Source of the DNA: an uncultured Nitrososphaeraceae archaeon
GTDB lineage: Archaea; Thermoproteota; Nitrososphaeria; Nitrososphaerales; Nitrososphaeraceae
Direction of reading: 5' to 3'
DNA length: 64,000 bases
Assembly: GCA_963837175.1 (NCBI GenBank)
Contig: CAWIMJ010000009.1
Location: 32,001 to 96,000 of the forward strand
Shown in pieces: positions 10,991 through 22,020 of the stretch (positions are counted from its first letter, which is position 1; each line of letters begins with the position of its first letter). Made by a program: the position numbers and the translations under genes. A model generated the notes under the pieces. It was not told the origin of the DNA. It ran no database searches and was given only the letters and a program-made list of their open reading frames with translations.

Positions 10991-12730
10991 TTGGCTAACA
11001 TGGTCACAGATATCGCTAGGGATGCGCGCGGCATATCTAAAGACGGCATATGGTTCCATGATACGGAAGGCCGATATCTCATTTTTCGTGGTGTAAACCT
11101 TGCATCGCGTAGCAAATTGCCGCCTTATCTACCCATTGCTCCTCTCCATATGAAACGGATCGATGAATCCACTCTAAAACAAGAAATTGAACTGGTTAAA
11201 TCAGAGTTAGATCTTCTAAAGAAACTTGGTTTTAATATTATCCGATTGTTAATATCATGGAAAGGCATCGAACCTACGCCTAATCCAAACTTAAATGAGA
11301 TTTTGAGTGAAGGACAAAAGTACCTCTACCTAGTAAATCAAATAATAGATGCGTTATATAGTCGAGACTTATACATTATTTTGGATTTTCATCAAGACAT
11401 AGCACATGAAGTCTACGGTGGGGATGGGTTTCCAGATTGGGCATTAGCAATAGATGAGGAGCATAAGAGGCCAAAGGCGTCTAACCTCAAAGATAGGAAA
11501 TGGCAGACGGCTTACATGATAAACAAACTAGTAAAGCACACTCTGACTTCATTCTGGAAGAATGATCTTAGTAACACAGAACTTGGCCTGCAAAATTTTC
11601 CGGTGAGAACTCACCTAGAGAAGACTATAGGTCAGACCGTTAACTTCTTTAAATCATTAAGCGACGGGGGACATCCTGCCATTCTAGGTATTGAGCCTTT
11701 CAATGAACCTCATCCTGCTGGGATCCCAGCTGATCAATTCGAGTCTACATTTCTATACCAGTATTACCAGAATGTTGAATCCGAAATAAGGAAATTTGAT
11801 GACAAGATATTTTTATTCTTAGAACCACGTGTCGACTGGACGATGTCTTTTCAGGGATCCGGTAAAAAATCTAAGATAGGTCCTTCTCCTTTTAACATAC
11901 GTCGTACTCTTCATCTCAATTTTTTACGTAACGTTATGATCGAAGGAAATATAGATCCGCAAGCAGAACAACAAATAGTTAGTCATCTTCCTTCTAATCG
12001 GGCATCATTGGATAAGATAGGAGAGCGTAGTGTATTGTCATTTCATTATTATGATCCAAAAGCTATCGCTCAATCATTTTTGAAGATCCCCGATAATATG
12101 TATAGATATGCGTATCAATGGCCTAATATTTTTGCTCAATTATTCAAAGCTGCAGAGAAGCGTGGACTTGTACCATTTCTGACTGAATTTGGCGGAGTTC
12201 AAGATGCAGAACTAATTCGTGATTACATCGACCTGCATTATAGGCAAATTGAAACTTTTCTTCTAAACTCTACGTATTGGAACTATGACCTTTATAACAC
12301 TAAGGATGGGAAGGATAATTGGAACCTTGAAAACTTCTCCTTGCTTGGACCAGACAGAAGGCCGAGAAATATAGACACAATTGCTCGTCCTTATCCCCTA
12401 CGCAGTTCGGCTAAACCTATTTTACTATTTTTCGACTTAGAATCCTCATATGCTACGCTAATTCTTGAAGGAAGTGTAGTAGATGCGCCTACAGTTATAT
12501 ACATTCCATATGACCTCCATTATTCACCAGAATTTAGAGTATGGGCAACAAGTAAAGAGATAGAATGGGATAGACAAAATCAGCTGCTATATTGGTATCC
12601 TGCAAAGGCTCAAACACTAAATCAAATAATTATAGCCAAAGAACGTGGTGAAAATGTAGATACTGAAAGATTGCCTAAAGCAGCTAGAGATGTGGTAGAA
12701 AAGACATCCTTTGTGAGTGTGTTATCATAA
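10991..12730 (+). CDS. Glycoside hydrolase family 5, endoglycoceramidase-like, with C-terminal beta domain
   Basis: GRYLIFRGVNL, GFNIIRLLISWKGIEP, LDFHQD..GGDGFPDWA, acid/base NEP (EPFNEPHP), HYY, nucleophile TEFG, RPYP. No signal peptide. Confidence 0.9.
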   Translation: MANMVTDIARDARGISKDGIWFHDTEGRYLIFRGVNLASRSKLPPYLPIAPLHMKRIDESTLKQEIELVKSELDLLKKLGFNIIRLLISWKGIEPTPNPNLNEILSEGQKYLYLVNQIIDALYSRDLYIILDFHQDIAHEVYGGDGFPDWALAIDEEHKRPKASNLKDRKWQTAYMINKLVKHTLTSFWKNDLSNTELGLQNFPVRTHLEKTIGQTVNFFKSLSDGGHPAILGIEPFNEPHPAGIPADQFESTFLYQYYQNVESEIRKFDDKIFLFLEPRVDWTMSFQGSGKKSKIGPSPFNIRRTLHLNFLRNVMIEGNIDPQAEQQIVSHLPSNRASLDKIGERSVLSFHYYDPKAIAQSFLKIPDNMYRYAYQWPNIFAQLFKAAEKRGLVPFLTEFGGVQDAELIRDYIDLHYRQIETFLLNSTYWNYDLYNTKDGKDNWNLENFSLLGPDRRPRNIDTIARPYPLRSSAKPILLFFDLESSYATLILEGSVVDAPTVIYIPYDLHYSPEFRVWATSKEIEWDRQNQLLYWYPAKAQTLNQIIIAKERGENVDTERLPKAARDVVEKTSFVSVLS

Positions 12731-13055
12731 ATCGCTTTGTCAAAAAGTCAACTTCACGCGCGCTTCCACTTCTTTTGAAAAATTCACCCTTTTTCAATCT
12801 GTACATATATTCTCGTCGAGGTCTCTATAAATTTGCCTGTAGATCACATGGAAAAGCTGGCTCTGTCTATTACTATTTTCTTTTTTTTGCTGTCAATTTG
12901 TGTTTACTATCATTATTCCTTCTATTATCTCTACATAGTTGCAAGGTTTTATGATATTTATTATTGTATCAATCCAGTTGGTCTAATGTAGATATTTGGG
13001 ATAAACGTGGAATTGTAAAACTCATATCATAAATGCCTCTGTACCAGGCAATCTG

Positions 13056-13289
13056 ATGCACAAACAAACAAGCTTCATAGTAACTGCAGAAATATTATTG
13101 ACTGCAGCTATTGCAGTAGCATTCTCTACAGTTAATACAGCAAATGCTCAAAGCAATATGACTAACGCCAGCGCCGCTAAGACAAAGGAGATAACTACAA
13201 CTAATTCATCCACCGGCGTTACTATCGGTAGTCAAAAAAACCTTACTAGCACTATTAGTGGCGGTAATATGGCAAATACGACTGGCTAA
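13056..13289 (+). CDS. Small secreted Thr/Ser/Asn-rich protein
   Basis: Signal-like N-terminus ending ANAQ, followed by N-x-S/T sequons. Confidence 0.6.
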   Translation: MHKQTSFIVTAEILLTAAIAVAFSTVNTANAQSNMTNASAAKTKEITTTNSSTGVTIGSQKNLTSTISGGNMANTTG

Positions 13290-13592
13290 GTATAGCTCAA
13301 AACCCCTGATCGTCGTCCTGACTTTACGAACCAAATAGAGAACCATCTTTCATTTTTTCAATGGGTTAGCTTTTAGTATATGGTTCTGCTTTGTAGCCCC
13401 AGTTTTCAATTTTTAGAACATAATGACAAATTAGAGCAAGGATAATTATGCATACTCATAGAATTAACATTTTTAGGTACCGAAAAATTAGGTGATTTAG
13501 CTAACAAAGACACATAGTCAAGAGACAATATTTGTGTGACATATCTAGTAGACAAAGATAATAATATCTGTCGGTTTGCTTAGATCATATAT

Positions 13593-15004
13593 TATGGAAG
13601 ACAGAGCAGCTTTCCAAAGAGTATTAGTCCTACAAGGCGGCGGTTCGCTTGGTGCATATGAAGCAGGAGCATACCAGGCGTTATCTGAAATGGTCACCAA
13701 AAAAGACAAGGAAAGAGGATTTAAAGATAAACCATTGTTAGATATCGTTGCTGGAACGTCTATTGGTGCAATAAATGCTCGCAGTACTTGTAAGCTATGT
13801 TATGGAAAATAATACATGGGAAGGCTCTGCGGAAAGACTCAATAAATTCTGGGAATATTTATCAAAAGAATCATCATTGGATCATTTTTTCGGTTTTACA
13901 TACTGGTGGGATTTCTTTCATAATAACGTTAATGAAGATATTGCCACGGGGGAGGCTGCAAGACGATATTATACGGCAAAGGAGTTTTCGGTTGTAGGAG
14001 TACCTACGGTTTTTTCTCCGTTAACCCCACAACTAGATACTAAATTTTTTGATCCTCAAAATATATGGTATCGCTTTGACAGTGGTCCATTAAAGAGAAG
14101 TTTGGAAAGGTTCGCAAAATTTCCAATAGCAACAACTTTCGACGAGAATCCATCATTGACTCAACCAAGACTCATTCTCGTTAGTGTTGATGTAGCAGAA
14201 GGTGCTCCCGTAGCATTTGACAGTTATGAAAACGAAGATGGTTCCAGAAAATCAGAGTACGGAAAATATATTGTTAAGGATGGAAGAGAAGTAGGATTCA
14301 CACACATTATAAGGTACAATGAAGGAATTACAGCTGATCAAGTTATTGCAAGTGCATCAGTACCACTTAATTATGCTTATACTACTTTAGAAGTAGAAAG
14401 TTATAATAATGCAACATCTAAACATGAGAAGAATATAAGATACTTTTGGGATGGCGGAATAATGAGCAATACTCCGCTCATGCAAGTTGTTCTGCTACAT
14501 CGGCGTTATTGGCTCAAGAGAAGAGGCTTTGAACACACTGTTCCAAGATTAAACATAGGAATATTCAATGTTCATCCAACTAAGCAAGATACAATTCCGT
14601 GGGACCGTGATGGTGTTGTAAATAGAAGGGAAGACATAACCTATTCAGATAGAACTTATAGTGATCAACAAGCTCTATTATTGGTATCAGACTATGTGGA
14701 CCTAGCTAGAGAGTTAATCAAGATTGCAAAAGATCATGGTGTAAAAGATGACGTCATAAATAGCCTATTGGACAGAAGGACTATGAATCATGGTATGGCA
14801 ATCAAACCTAGGAAATATTCAGACATACTTGTAGGACAATATGAAATAGGTAAAATAATACGGGTAAATCGCAAAAATGATCAATACACCATATCAAATA
14901 AAATATTTGATTTTTCCTCTAAGACAATTAACCAACTGAGAGAAAGTGGGTATAACAATACTCTAGATCTTAGTGATTTGGAGTATAAGGGTGAACTGTT
15001 CTAA
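13593..15004 (+). CDS. Patatin-like phospholipase with one +1 frameshift near 13778 (pseudogene or sequencing indel)
   Basis: GGGSLGAYEAG and GTSIG in the first ORF, DGG (FWDGGIMSNTP) in the second. Removing one base at AATGCT(C)GCAGTA restores GAINAAVLVS. Confidence 0.88.
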
Positions 15005-15180
15005 TTAATATTCAGGTTTGCAAATGTCAAATATGAAAGGTTTTGAGTGAGTCTATAAGAAGTTAAAGAGATGAATTTCAATGTCAAAGTATTTTTGACT
15101 ATTTGTTTTGAATTCAATGATAAGCTGTGGCACACATAACTATAGATATACCTAGATTGGAGGAAGAAACTGCTACTTAT

Positions 15181-15928
15181 CTATTCAGCTGCAGATCTTC
15201 CATTAAGCGACTGTATCATACCAATTAATCTCTCCAGGTCTTCTTAATTTAACTTCTCAATATCATCGATTCTGTCCTTTATTAGCTGTTTTGTATCCTC
15301 AAGCAGATCTGACTTCTTAGTTTGCTTTAATTTTGCAGCTGTGAATTTAGAGCTCAGGATAGGAATAACTGCCCATAACATTCCAATACCTACAAATGCA
15401 ACCAAGGTTGCTACTATCTTTCGGCCAAATTTAACCGGATAATATTCGCCATATGCTACAGTAGTTATTGTTTCGACAGCCCACCAGAGCGCCTGGCCCG
15501 GAGTAGTTACACTTGCATTTGAATTATTAGCCTCAGCTAAATATTCAGCGAATGTCCCAACAATTATAATGACGGCAGCAAATAATCCTAACAGAACGAT
15601 TTCGCTATTCCCGAGCCGTGATACCAGATTATAGAGCCTAGCAGTCTGAAAAATGCAATCCATTGAATGTTATAAGGAAAAGCAGATAGCAAAAACAATG
15701 ATATCGTTGCAGGAAATTCATACCAATGAATTAAAATATATCTTAACTTCTGGTCGGATTCTCATCCTAAAGTAGAAGTCTCTAGCCAACAATATCACCA
15801 CAACAAACAAATCGAAAAAATATATTAATCGTTTCTCAGTCCCATTTAATGGAAATAAATAGTCGAAAAAGAACGAGTAATAAAGCAAGAGTTGGTATCG
15901 TTGTTATTGCATTCCAAGGTTTACTCAT
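15181..15928 (-). pseudogene. Voltage-gated-type potassium channel, disrupted
   Basis: Pore module ALWWAVETITTVAYGEYYP. Upstream S1-S4-like helices (IYFFDLFVVVIL, HWYEFPA) lie in shifted frames, and there is a premature TAA at 15244. Confidence 0.8.
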
Positions 15929-16411
15929 ACCTATTTATGTAAGTAAAATAAGGTCGTATAAAGAAGGATACTGAGCTGATAATTGATATATACACTAATA
16001 GAAGACCACGCCGATCTACTTGCAAATATTCCTTCTAATTTTGCGATATATCTTTATAATTAAAGATACTGTCAAAATCATTTTCATCTAAAACAATAGG
16101 TAAGATCATTATTGCATAATGGTAGTCTTAATTTTTCCTATACCCTTTCAAATCTCTTCCTGTAACCTACTAGTTGCAATGAAAATTTTCCGTTCTTATA
16201 TTGTTCTTAGGTAACTATCCTGCAAAGTTTCTCATTTCATCTGAGGCCAAAGGATTGCACCAGTTTTTACTTTCAATAAAGAATGTATATATCGCTTTTC
16301 ATGAAATGAAACTCTTCAAACCATCGGATAAGCCCCTTTCTCTTATAACAATAGTATCTTTCTTGAAGAATATCAATACATATGATCTCAATCCGTATGC
16401 TTTTCATTTTG

Positions 16412-16670
16412 CTATTGTTCCCATGGTTTTGAAAAGTGGTCGAGCCATTTCTGGTTCGTTCTTTGCATATTCTGAAATTGTTGTTCGTATAATGAGTCCA
16501 CCCAATTTCTCGTAGCTAGCTATGAACTATTATAAAGCTCATTTACTCTCTCAATATTCTTAATAAACTCATTATACAAGTGGCTTATCTGTTCTAGATT
16601 TCTAATATACTCTTGCTGTAATTGGTTTATGTTCTTAAGGTTTTTGATATATTCGTCATATGTATAAACC
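16412..16670 (-). pseudogene. Relic of coiled-coil protein with 14-residue repeats
   Basis: YDEYIKNLKNINQL/QQEYIRNLEQISHL/YNEFIKNIERVNEL...YEQQFQNMQRTNQKWLDHF read across frameshifts. Confidence 0.5.
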
Positions 16671-16977
16671 ATGTCATCATTGGAGCATAATATGGCTGGT
16701 TATACTTATCAATTGAGTCATGAAGAATTGGCAGACTCCAATAGATATTTGGAAAACATCGCCCTAAGCTTCGAAACCTTATTCACAAGGATATGAGAAT
16801 CTGCCCATCATCATAAATTCACACGTAATTTGTTTTTTTTGGCACTTTTTAGTGTGTATTGCACGTGATTTTCTGTAGCATTGCTGTGTATCTAAATCCA
16901 ACGGTAATATTACAATAACTTTACACAACACCTATTACATTTATATTATTTGGTAGAATTAGAAACCTGTAGTATGG

Positions 16978-17646
16978 ATGATAACAAATTTGATAAGAGA
17001 TCTTGATTTTGATAAAGACCATCCTAATGAAAGTATAAAAAATACTAAGCAGAAGCTTCTGAAAAAAATAATTATTCTAGGAATAATACTTACAATTTCC
17101 CTAGTTATCAGCACATTGCTACTGAAACCTCTAATCCCTACTGAATATTTAGTGTATTTTCAGGTTATACAGGTAGCTATAGTAGGTTATTTTATTATGG
17201 ACGTAATAAGTGACACAGCTTATAATATAGTTACAGCTGCAAAACAATCCAACCAATCAGCCAAATCAATAAGAAGCATTATTAGGATCCTATCTGCTAT
17301 TGTAATTGTTGCTATTTTAGTATCTTACGTTAGCCAGAATCCTGCCATAGCGGCATCAATTGGTGCCGTAACTGGAATAGTGATTGGCTTTGCTGCCCAA
17401 AACCTGATCGGAAATATGATAGCAGGAATGTCAATAGCAATAACTAGACCATTCAAAATAGGAGATAAGATTACCATCTTTGGGAATACTGGTACAGTGA
17501 CGGATATAGGATTGTTATATTGTGTACTTCTGATGAAAGATGGCGATATTGTACGTGCCCCAAGTTCATTATTGCTAACAACGTCGATAATATTGCGGGA
17601 AGAAAAAAAGCCTACTAATATATATGCTGATTGGTATATATGTTGA
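16978..17646 (+). CDS. mscS: Small-conductance mechanosensitive channel (short MscS)
   Basis: IGFAAQNLIGNMIAGMSIAITRPFKIGDKI..GTVTDIGL signature. Confidence 0.9.
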   Translation: MITNLIRDLDFDKDHPNESIKNTKQKLLKKIIILGIILTISLVISTLLLKPLIPTEYLVYFQVIQVAIVGYFIMDVISDTAYNIVTAAKQSNQSAKSIRSIIRILSAIVIVAILVSYVSQNPAIAASIGAVTGIVIGFAAQNLIGNMIAGMSIAITRPFKIGDKITIFGNTGTVTDIGLLYCVLLMKDGDIVRAPSSLLLTTSIILREEKKPTNIYADWYIC

Positions 17647-17902
17647 ATTATCAATTATGCATTGAGCTTCGTAACATACTACCAATATCAGTTTCCATGC
17701 GAGAGGACATATGTCACTTGGATTTTACATTATAAAAAAGAACTTCACATTTATGTAGTCTGCTGAACTCGGAATTGTAGGAGATGGAAGAGCTTTGGCT
17801 ATTGCTATTTTGATACGCATTTTTAAGAAGTAGATGTTACAGGAGTAAAAAAGATGATCTCTAGACTTATTAACATCGCTTACAAATTAAAAATATAATA
17901 CT

Positions 17903-18463
17903 TTGCAAACACTAGAGTGTCCGCCTTGGCTTAGAATGCTTCAAATAGTTTTGGGAGCAATATGTATAACACTATCTCTGATTATTTTGGCTTACATTGG
18001 ACCTGCAATATTGACAATTATTTTAATACTTTCGTTGATTTTGCTAGTTGTTGGAATTGAGAGAATATGTGCCGGGATAGCGATCCGGTATCTTAGATCC
18101 AGTTTAGCTAATATTGTACTTGGTGTGGCAATAATAGCTTTTTCTATCGTACTTATGGAGTTCCCAATATTTACATCCGCGGTTCTGGTTGTTTTGGGTG
18201 CAGTGGCCCTACTTTTGAATGGTATAACAAGAATAATTCATGGTATATTTAGCAAAGGTTCAGGTTCGTCCCGTGCTTTTCTTATAGGTGTGGGAGTTCT
18301 AAGTATTGCAGTATCAACTTTAGTAATAGCACATCCTATTAATTTGGGTTTGGTCTTTTTCGCAATCATGATTTCGATTGCGTTTCTAATAAACGGAATA
18401 GAGATGATGGCCTCGGGAATATCTGGTCGTAAACAATACATAACGAGGAATAATGTTATGTAG
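17903..18463 (+). CDS. HdeD/DUF308 family membrane protein (paralog 2)
   Basis: PPWLRMLQIVLG, GIERI, GITRIIHG, NGIE motifs; six transmembrane helices. Confidence 0.8.
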   Translation: MQTLECPPWLRMLQIVLGAICITLSLIILAYIGPAILTIILILSLILLVVGIERICAGIAIRYLRSSLANIVLGVAIIAFSIVLMEFPIFTSAVLVVLGAVALLLNGITRIIHGIFSKGSGSSRAFLIGVGVLSIAVSTLVIAHPINLGLVFFAIMISIAFLINGIEMMASGISGRKQYITRNNVM

Positions 18464-18488
18464 TAATAGTAGTAATAGTAGTAATAGC
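18461..18488 (+). repeat. 9-bp tandem repeat (TAGTAATAG)x3 of stacked stop codons
   Basis: tagtaatagtagtaatagtagtaatag starts at the stop codon of the preceding gene. Confidence 0.8.
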
Positions 18489-19083
18489 ATCGTACGGGTA
18501 ACAAGTATAACTAAAAATACGTCTATGAAGGCGCTTTAATATGACTATCGTATAATTGAAAAATAGAATGGAATGGTCGGATGCTCGCTATAAATAAAAA
18601 TGATGAATCAGCATAGTTAACAGCATCACCTTCATTAATCCTATCCGTCAATGCTTACAACAATTTTGTCAATACGATAAAAAGTGAATATATGCTAGAG
18701 CATTACTTTAGAGCTATAAAATATTGTGGATAGTATGATGAAATCCTGAGATAATATGATTCTACCAACCATTCTATAAACATACGGTAACTCTTACCCT
18801 TGTACTATCTGATAGTAAGCAGGACAAAATGCTGCCAGACTGGAAATGTGATTGCTCTTCTTATAAAGGAACAGTGGCATGCTCGCATTTCTTCATAGCA
18901 GATACCAGTCTGAGATACTTTGATTCTTCGCTACATGTACAATATGGCCATACTATTACATAGCTTTTGTCTTATTTAGAATAGATGGTTTCGACAAGTC
19001 TTATGTTTAATCACAATAAATTTAAATTATGACATACTGTGCGGATAATATATAATAAATAGAGTTAAGCCATCTATTGTTAT

Positions 19084-19743
19084 GTGACTACATTTGGATA
19101 TGGCAGATTTCTGATTTGTGCAATGCTTGTCATTTTTGCTACAGTTATTTTAAGTTGCATGATAAACTTTGACAGGTCAATGGATTTCATGGCAGCAGCT
19201 ACAAAAAATAGTCAGGTTAATACCTTCGCGACTCTTATAGACCAAGTGGCATTACAGGATAGAAACATCTCTTCAAACCAATCAGGCGACATCACAGTTA
19301 TAAAAAATTCAATGTCTGAACAAATTCAAGTATTAAGAAACATGATGCAGGTTTTTGCAAGGTCATCTACTCAAGCTTCGTTTGCAGCTTTATGCGTGTT
19401 TCTTTTGGGTTCAACATTGCTCTTGTATGGGTTGAAGCTTACTATGAAAGCAACATCAAAGATAACAAGCATGTACTTTAAGGCTATGATGTTGGCACTA
19501 CTTACTCCTGTTATTATAATTATCGCTATCTATCAATTTGGAATTGTAACAGGAATTACCTTTGAATTTACTAAAGCAGCTGAACCCTTCTTCTTTATAT
19601 CACTCATTCTCTGGATTCCTACCGGTATAGTCATATTTTTGTTGGTAGTCGAAAAAAGACTATTATCTGATACCCAAAAAATAACCATAGTTATAGTATC
19701 CCGGGTTAGGAGTTCAGTAAAGCAAAAATATGGTCTACCGTAA
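19084..19743 (+). CDS. Hypothetical membrane protein
   Basis: 219 aa with an N-terminal anchor, a soluble helical part and three C-terminal transmembrane helices. Confidence 0.65.
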   Translation: MTTFGYGRFLICAMLVIFATVILSCMINFDRSMDFMAAATKNSQVNTFATLIDQVALQDRNISSNQSGDITVIKNSMSEQIQVLRNMMQVFARSSTQASFAALCVFLLGSTLLLYGLKLTMKATSKITSMYFKAMMLALLTPVIIIIAIYQFGIVTGITFEFTKAAEPFFFISLILWIPTGIVIFLLVVEKRLLSDTQKITIVIVSRVRSSVKQKYGLP

Positions 19744-20246
19744 ACAAACGATAAGAGCATATCTATAGTCAGATTGATTGACTGACATCAAATGCAACTG
19801 ATGTAGATTAGTGAAGTGGTACTGCTAGTGGGATAGTCAACGGAATAATGCCATTCAATCTATAAAGGTAGATTGCTGTGACAAGCTACCGTAACTAGCA
19901 GTCACTTTCGGTACCGAAAAATTGCGGTGACTATGGAAAATCCAGCTATCAGAACAACGATGAATGCGATCAATGCCATACATAAGTTTATTTCAGATAA
20001 AAAACTTCTACAATTAGGCATTGTTCATCCGTGAATTATCTAAAGGTTAGGTAAAAAAAACTTTGATATCATAGGAAATATCTTATCTGGTTCTAGAATC
20101 TAACTTATTTTAATTTATTGACATTCGATAATAGCATTTTTTCTATCCGGTTTTCAATGACGAATTTTATTGTCGATCCCAATAAAGCTGACTGGAAGTT
20201 AATTTGTGTAGATAAGGAGAGATCATACGGAAAATTACAGTTATTT

Positions 20247-21743
20247 TCATGTTATGTCGCTGGCTGTTACTGGCTTCGTCTTAGTAGCAAGCTGTTTCAT
20301 TCTGAGAGCTAGGAGTACACATGAAATTGTCATTGCAAGCCCAACTCCGAAAAGAATGTTAAATGTGACTGGACTTGGGTAGTTTTTCTCAACATCATTA
20401 ACGGTAATAGAGATCGTAGCAGATGCTAGAATTACAGTTGTGATCACAGGACCTATTGCACCTCCTATAATTCTCATCATATTTGTAACAGCTGAGGATA
20501 TTCCTGTATATTCGTTAGGCGTAAATCGAATGACCGTGTTAGTTAATGTCATTGGTAATAGAGCTCCAGCCATACCAAAAATAAAGAGACTACCATTAAT
20601 ACCAGCTGATGTAGCGTGGAATAACAAAAGCAACAAAAATGAAATAGTAGTAATTCCTATACCTGGTACTAACAGCTTCAAATTAAGTTTCTTTCTTCTT
20701 GCTACTATCAATCCGAAGACTGGACCAAAGATCATCATTGATAGACCAAAAGCCAACTGTAAAAGTCCAACATGAATCGGGTCTAGTCCTAACCCAGATG
20801 GGCTAGGCGCAGATCCCAACTGTGGTATGCCTGTAATTACAATATACTGCAGAATACCAAACATCAACATTATAATGTTTCCAACTAAAATCACTGGCTG
20901 AAAAACTAACTTCAAGTTAACTAATGGAGACTTCACTTGCTTTTCTACGATTAAGAAAAGTACAAGAAAAATAACTCCAATGATTAGAGGAATTAGAAAG
21001 CCCATTAAATTAGTGGCAATCGATCCGCTGAACGTTATTGCGATAAGAAAGCTAACGATTGTCACACTCATCGTTACAATACCTATAACGTCTAAATGTG
21101 GTCTTTTAGTCTTACTGGGAATATCCATTGGATCTTTGGCAATATCAAGTATCTTCTGACTTTCATCTACATGAACGTATCTCCAGCTTACAAATGTCAA
21201 GATTGCTGCAATAGGAGCACAGAAATAGAAATTAGCCTGCCATCCTGCCCCTGCGGCTACTACTGGTCCTAACACCGCCCCAAGTGCCATGCCGCCAGAA
21301 TAGGCAGAAAGATAAACACTCAAGCCAATAGTGAATTTAGCTCTTGGGAACTGATCTCTTATTATTTTAGTTGAAATAGGGGTACTAGCCACAGCTATAC
21401 CTTGAATTACTCTAATGATAATTAGAGTGGATATGTCATGAGCAAAAGGAGCCAAGATGGTTCCAACGGTAAAACATGTCATCATTAACATTAGCATTTT
21501 CTTGGCTCCTACAAGGTCAGATAACCTTCCCATTATGACTGTCATGACAGCTCCTGAAACCATATACGCCGTCATTACCCAAGAGGCAATGGACAGGGAG
21601 GTCCCAAAGTCTTGTGCAATGCTAGGAAGAGATGGTGACATCGCAGTATTAAGATATAGAAATATCAATATGCTACAGGTTAATACTAAAAGAGATTTCC
21701 AGGCATTAAACGATATTTGTTCTGGAGGCACTGTAGTAGACAA
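20247..21743 (-). CDS. MFS transporter, DHA2-type (14 TMS)
   Basis: Motif A GRLSDLVGAKK, SWVMTAY, RVIQG; 498 aa. Confidence 0.9.
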   Translation of the reverse strand: MSTTVPPEQISFNAWKSLLVLTCSILIFLYLNTAMSPSLPSIAQDFGTSLSIASWVMTAYMVSGAVMTVIMGRLSDLVGAKKMLMLMMTCFTVGTILAPFAHDISTLIIIRVIQGIAVASTPISTKIIRDQFPRAKFTIGLSVYLSAYSGGMALGAVLGPVVAAGAGWQANFYFCAPIAAILTFVSWRYVHVDESQKILDIAKDPMDIPSKTKRPHLDVIGIVTMSVTIVSFLIAITFSGSIATNLMGFLIPLIIGVIFLVLFLIVEKQVKSPLVNLKLVFQPVILVGNIIMLMFGILQYIVITGIPQLGSAPSPSGLGLDPIHVGLLQLAFGLSMMIFGPVFGLIVARRKKLNLKLLVPGIGITTISFLLLLLFHATSAGINGSLFIFGMAGALLPMTLTNTVIRFTPNEYTGISSAVTNMMRIIGGAIGPVITTVILASATISITVNDVEKNYPSPVTFNILFGVGLAMTISCVLLALRMKQLATKTKPVTASDIT

Positions 21744-22020
21744 TTTACACTAACTCCTTGATGCATGTATTTATTATTGCCCCTAATGATTAATGGACAC
21801 CACCAACCTCACACAGAACAATTTTCTACTGCACTAGCAAGTACAGTACCACCTATACATAACCACTCAAAAGTACTACTGCCTTAACCTACAATATTAT
21901 TTATAATACCTAAGCTAGGTCTATTAAGAGAATAAGTGCATATCAAGAAAAATTATTGAAGAATTTTACTTCTTTATGTTCGAGAAAGGATTTAAAGATA
22001 TATTACAACAGTCATAACAA

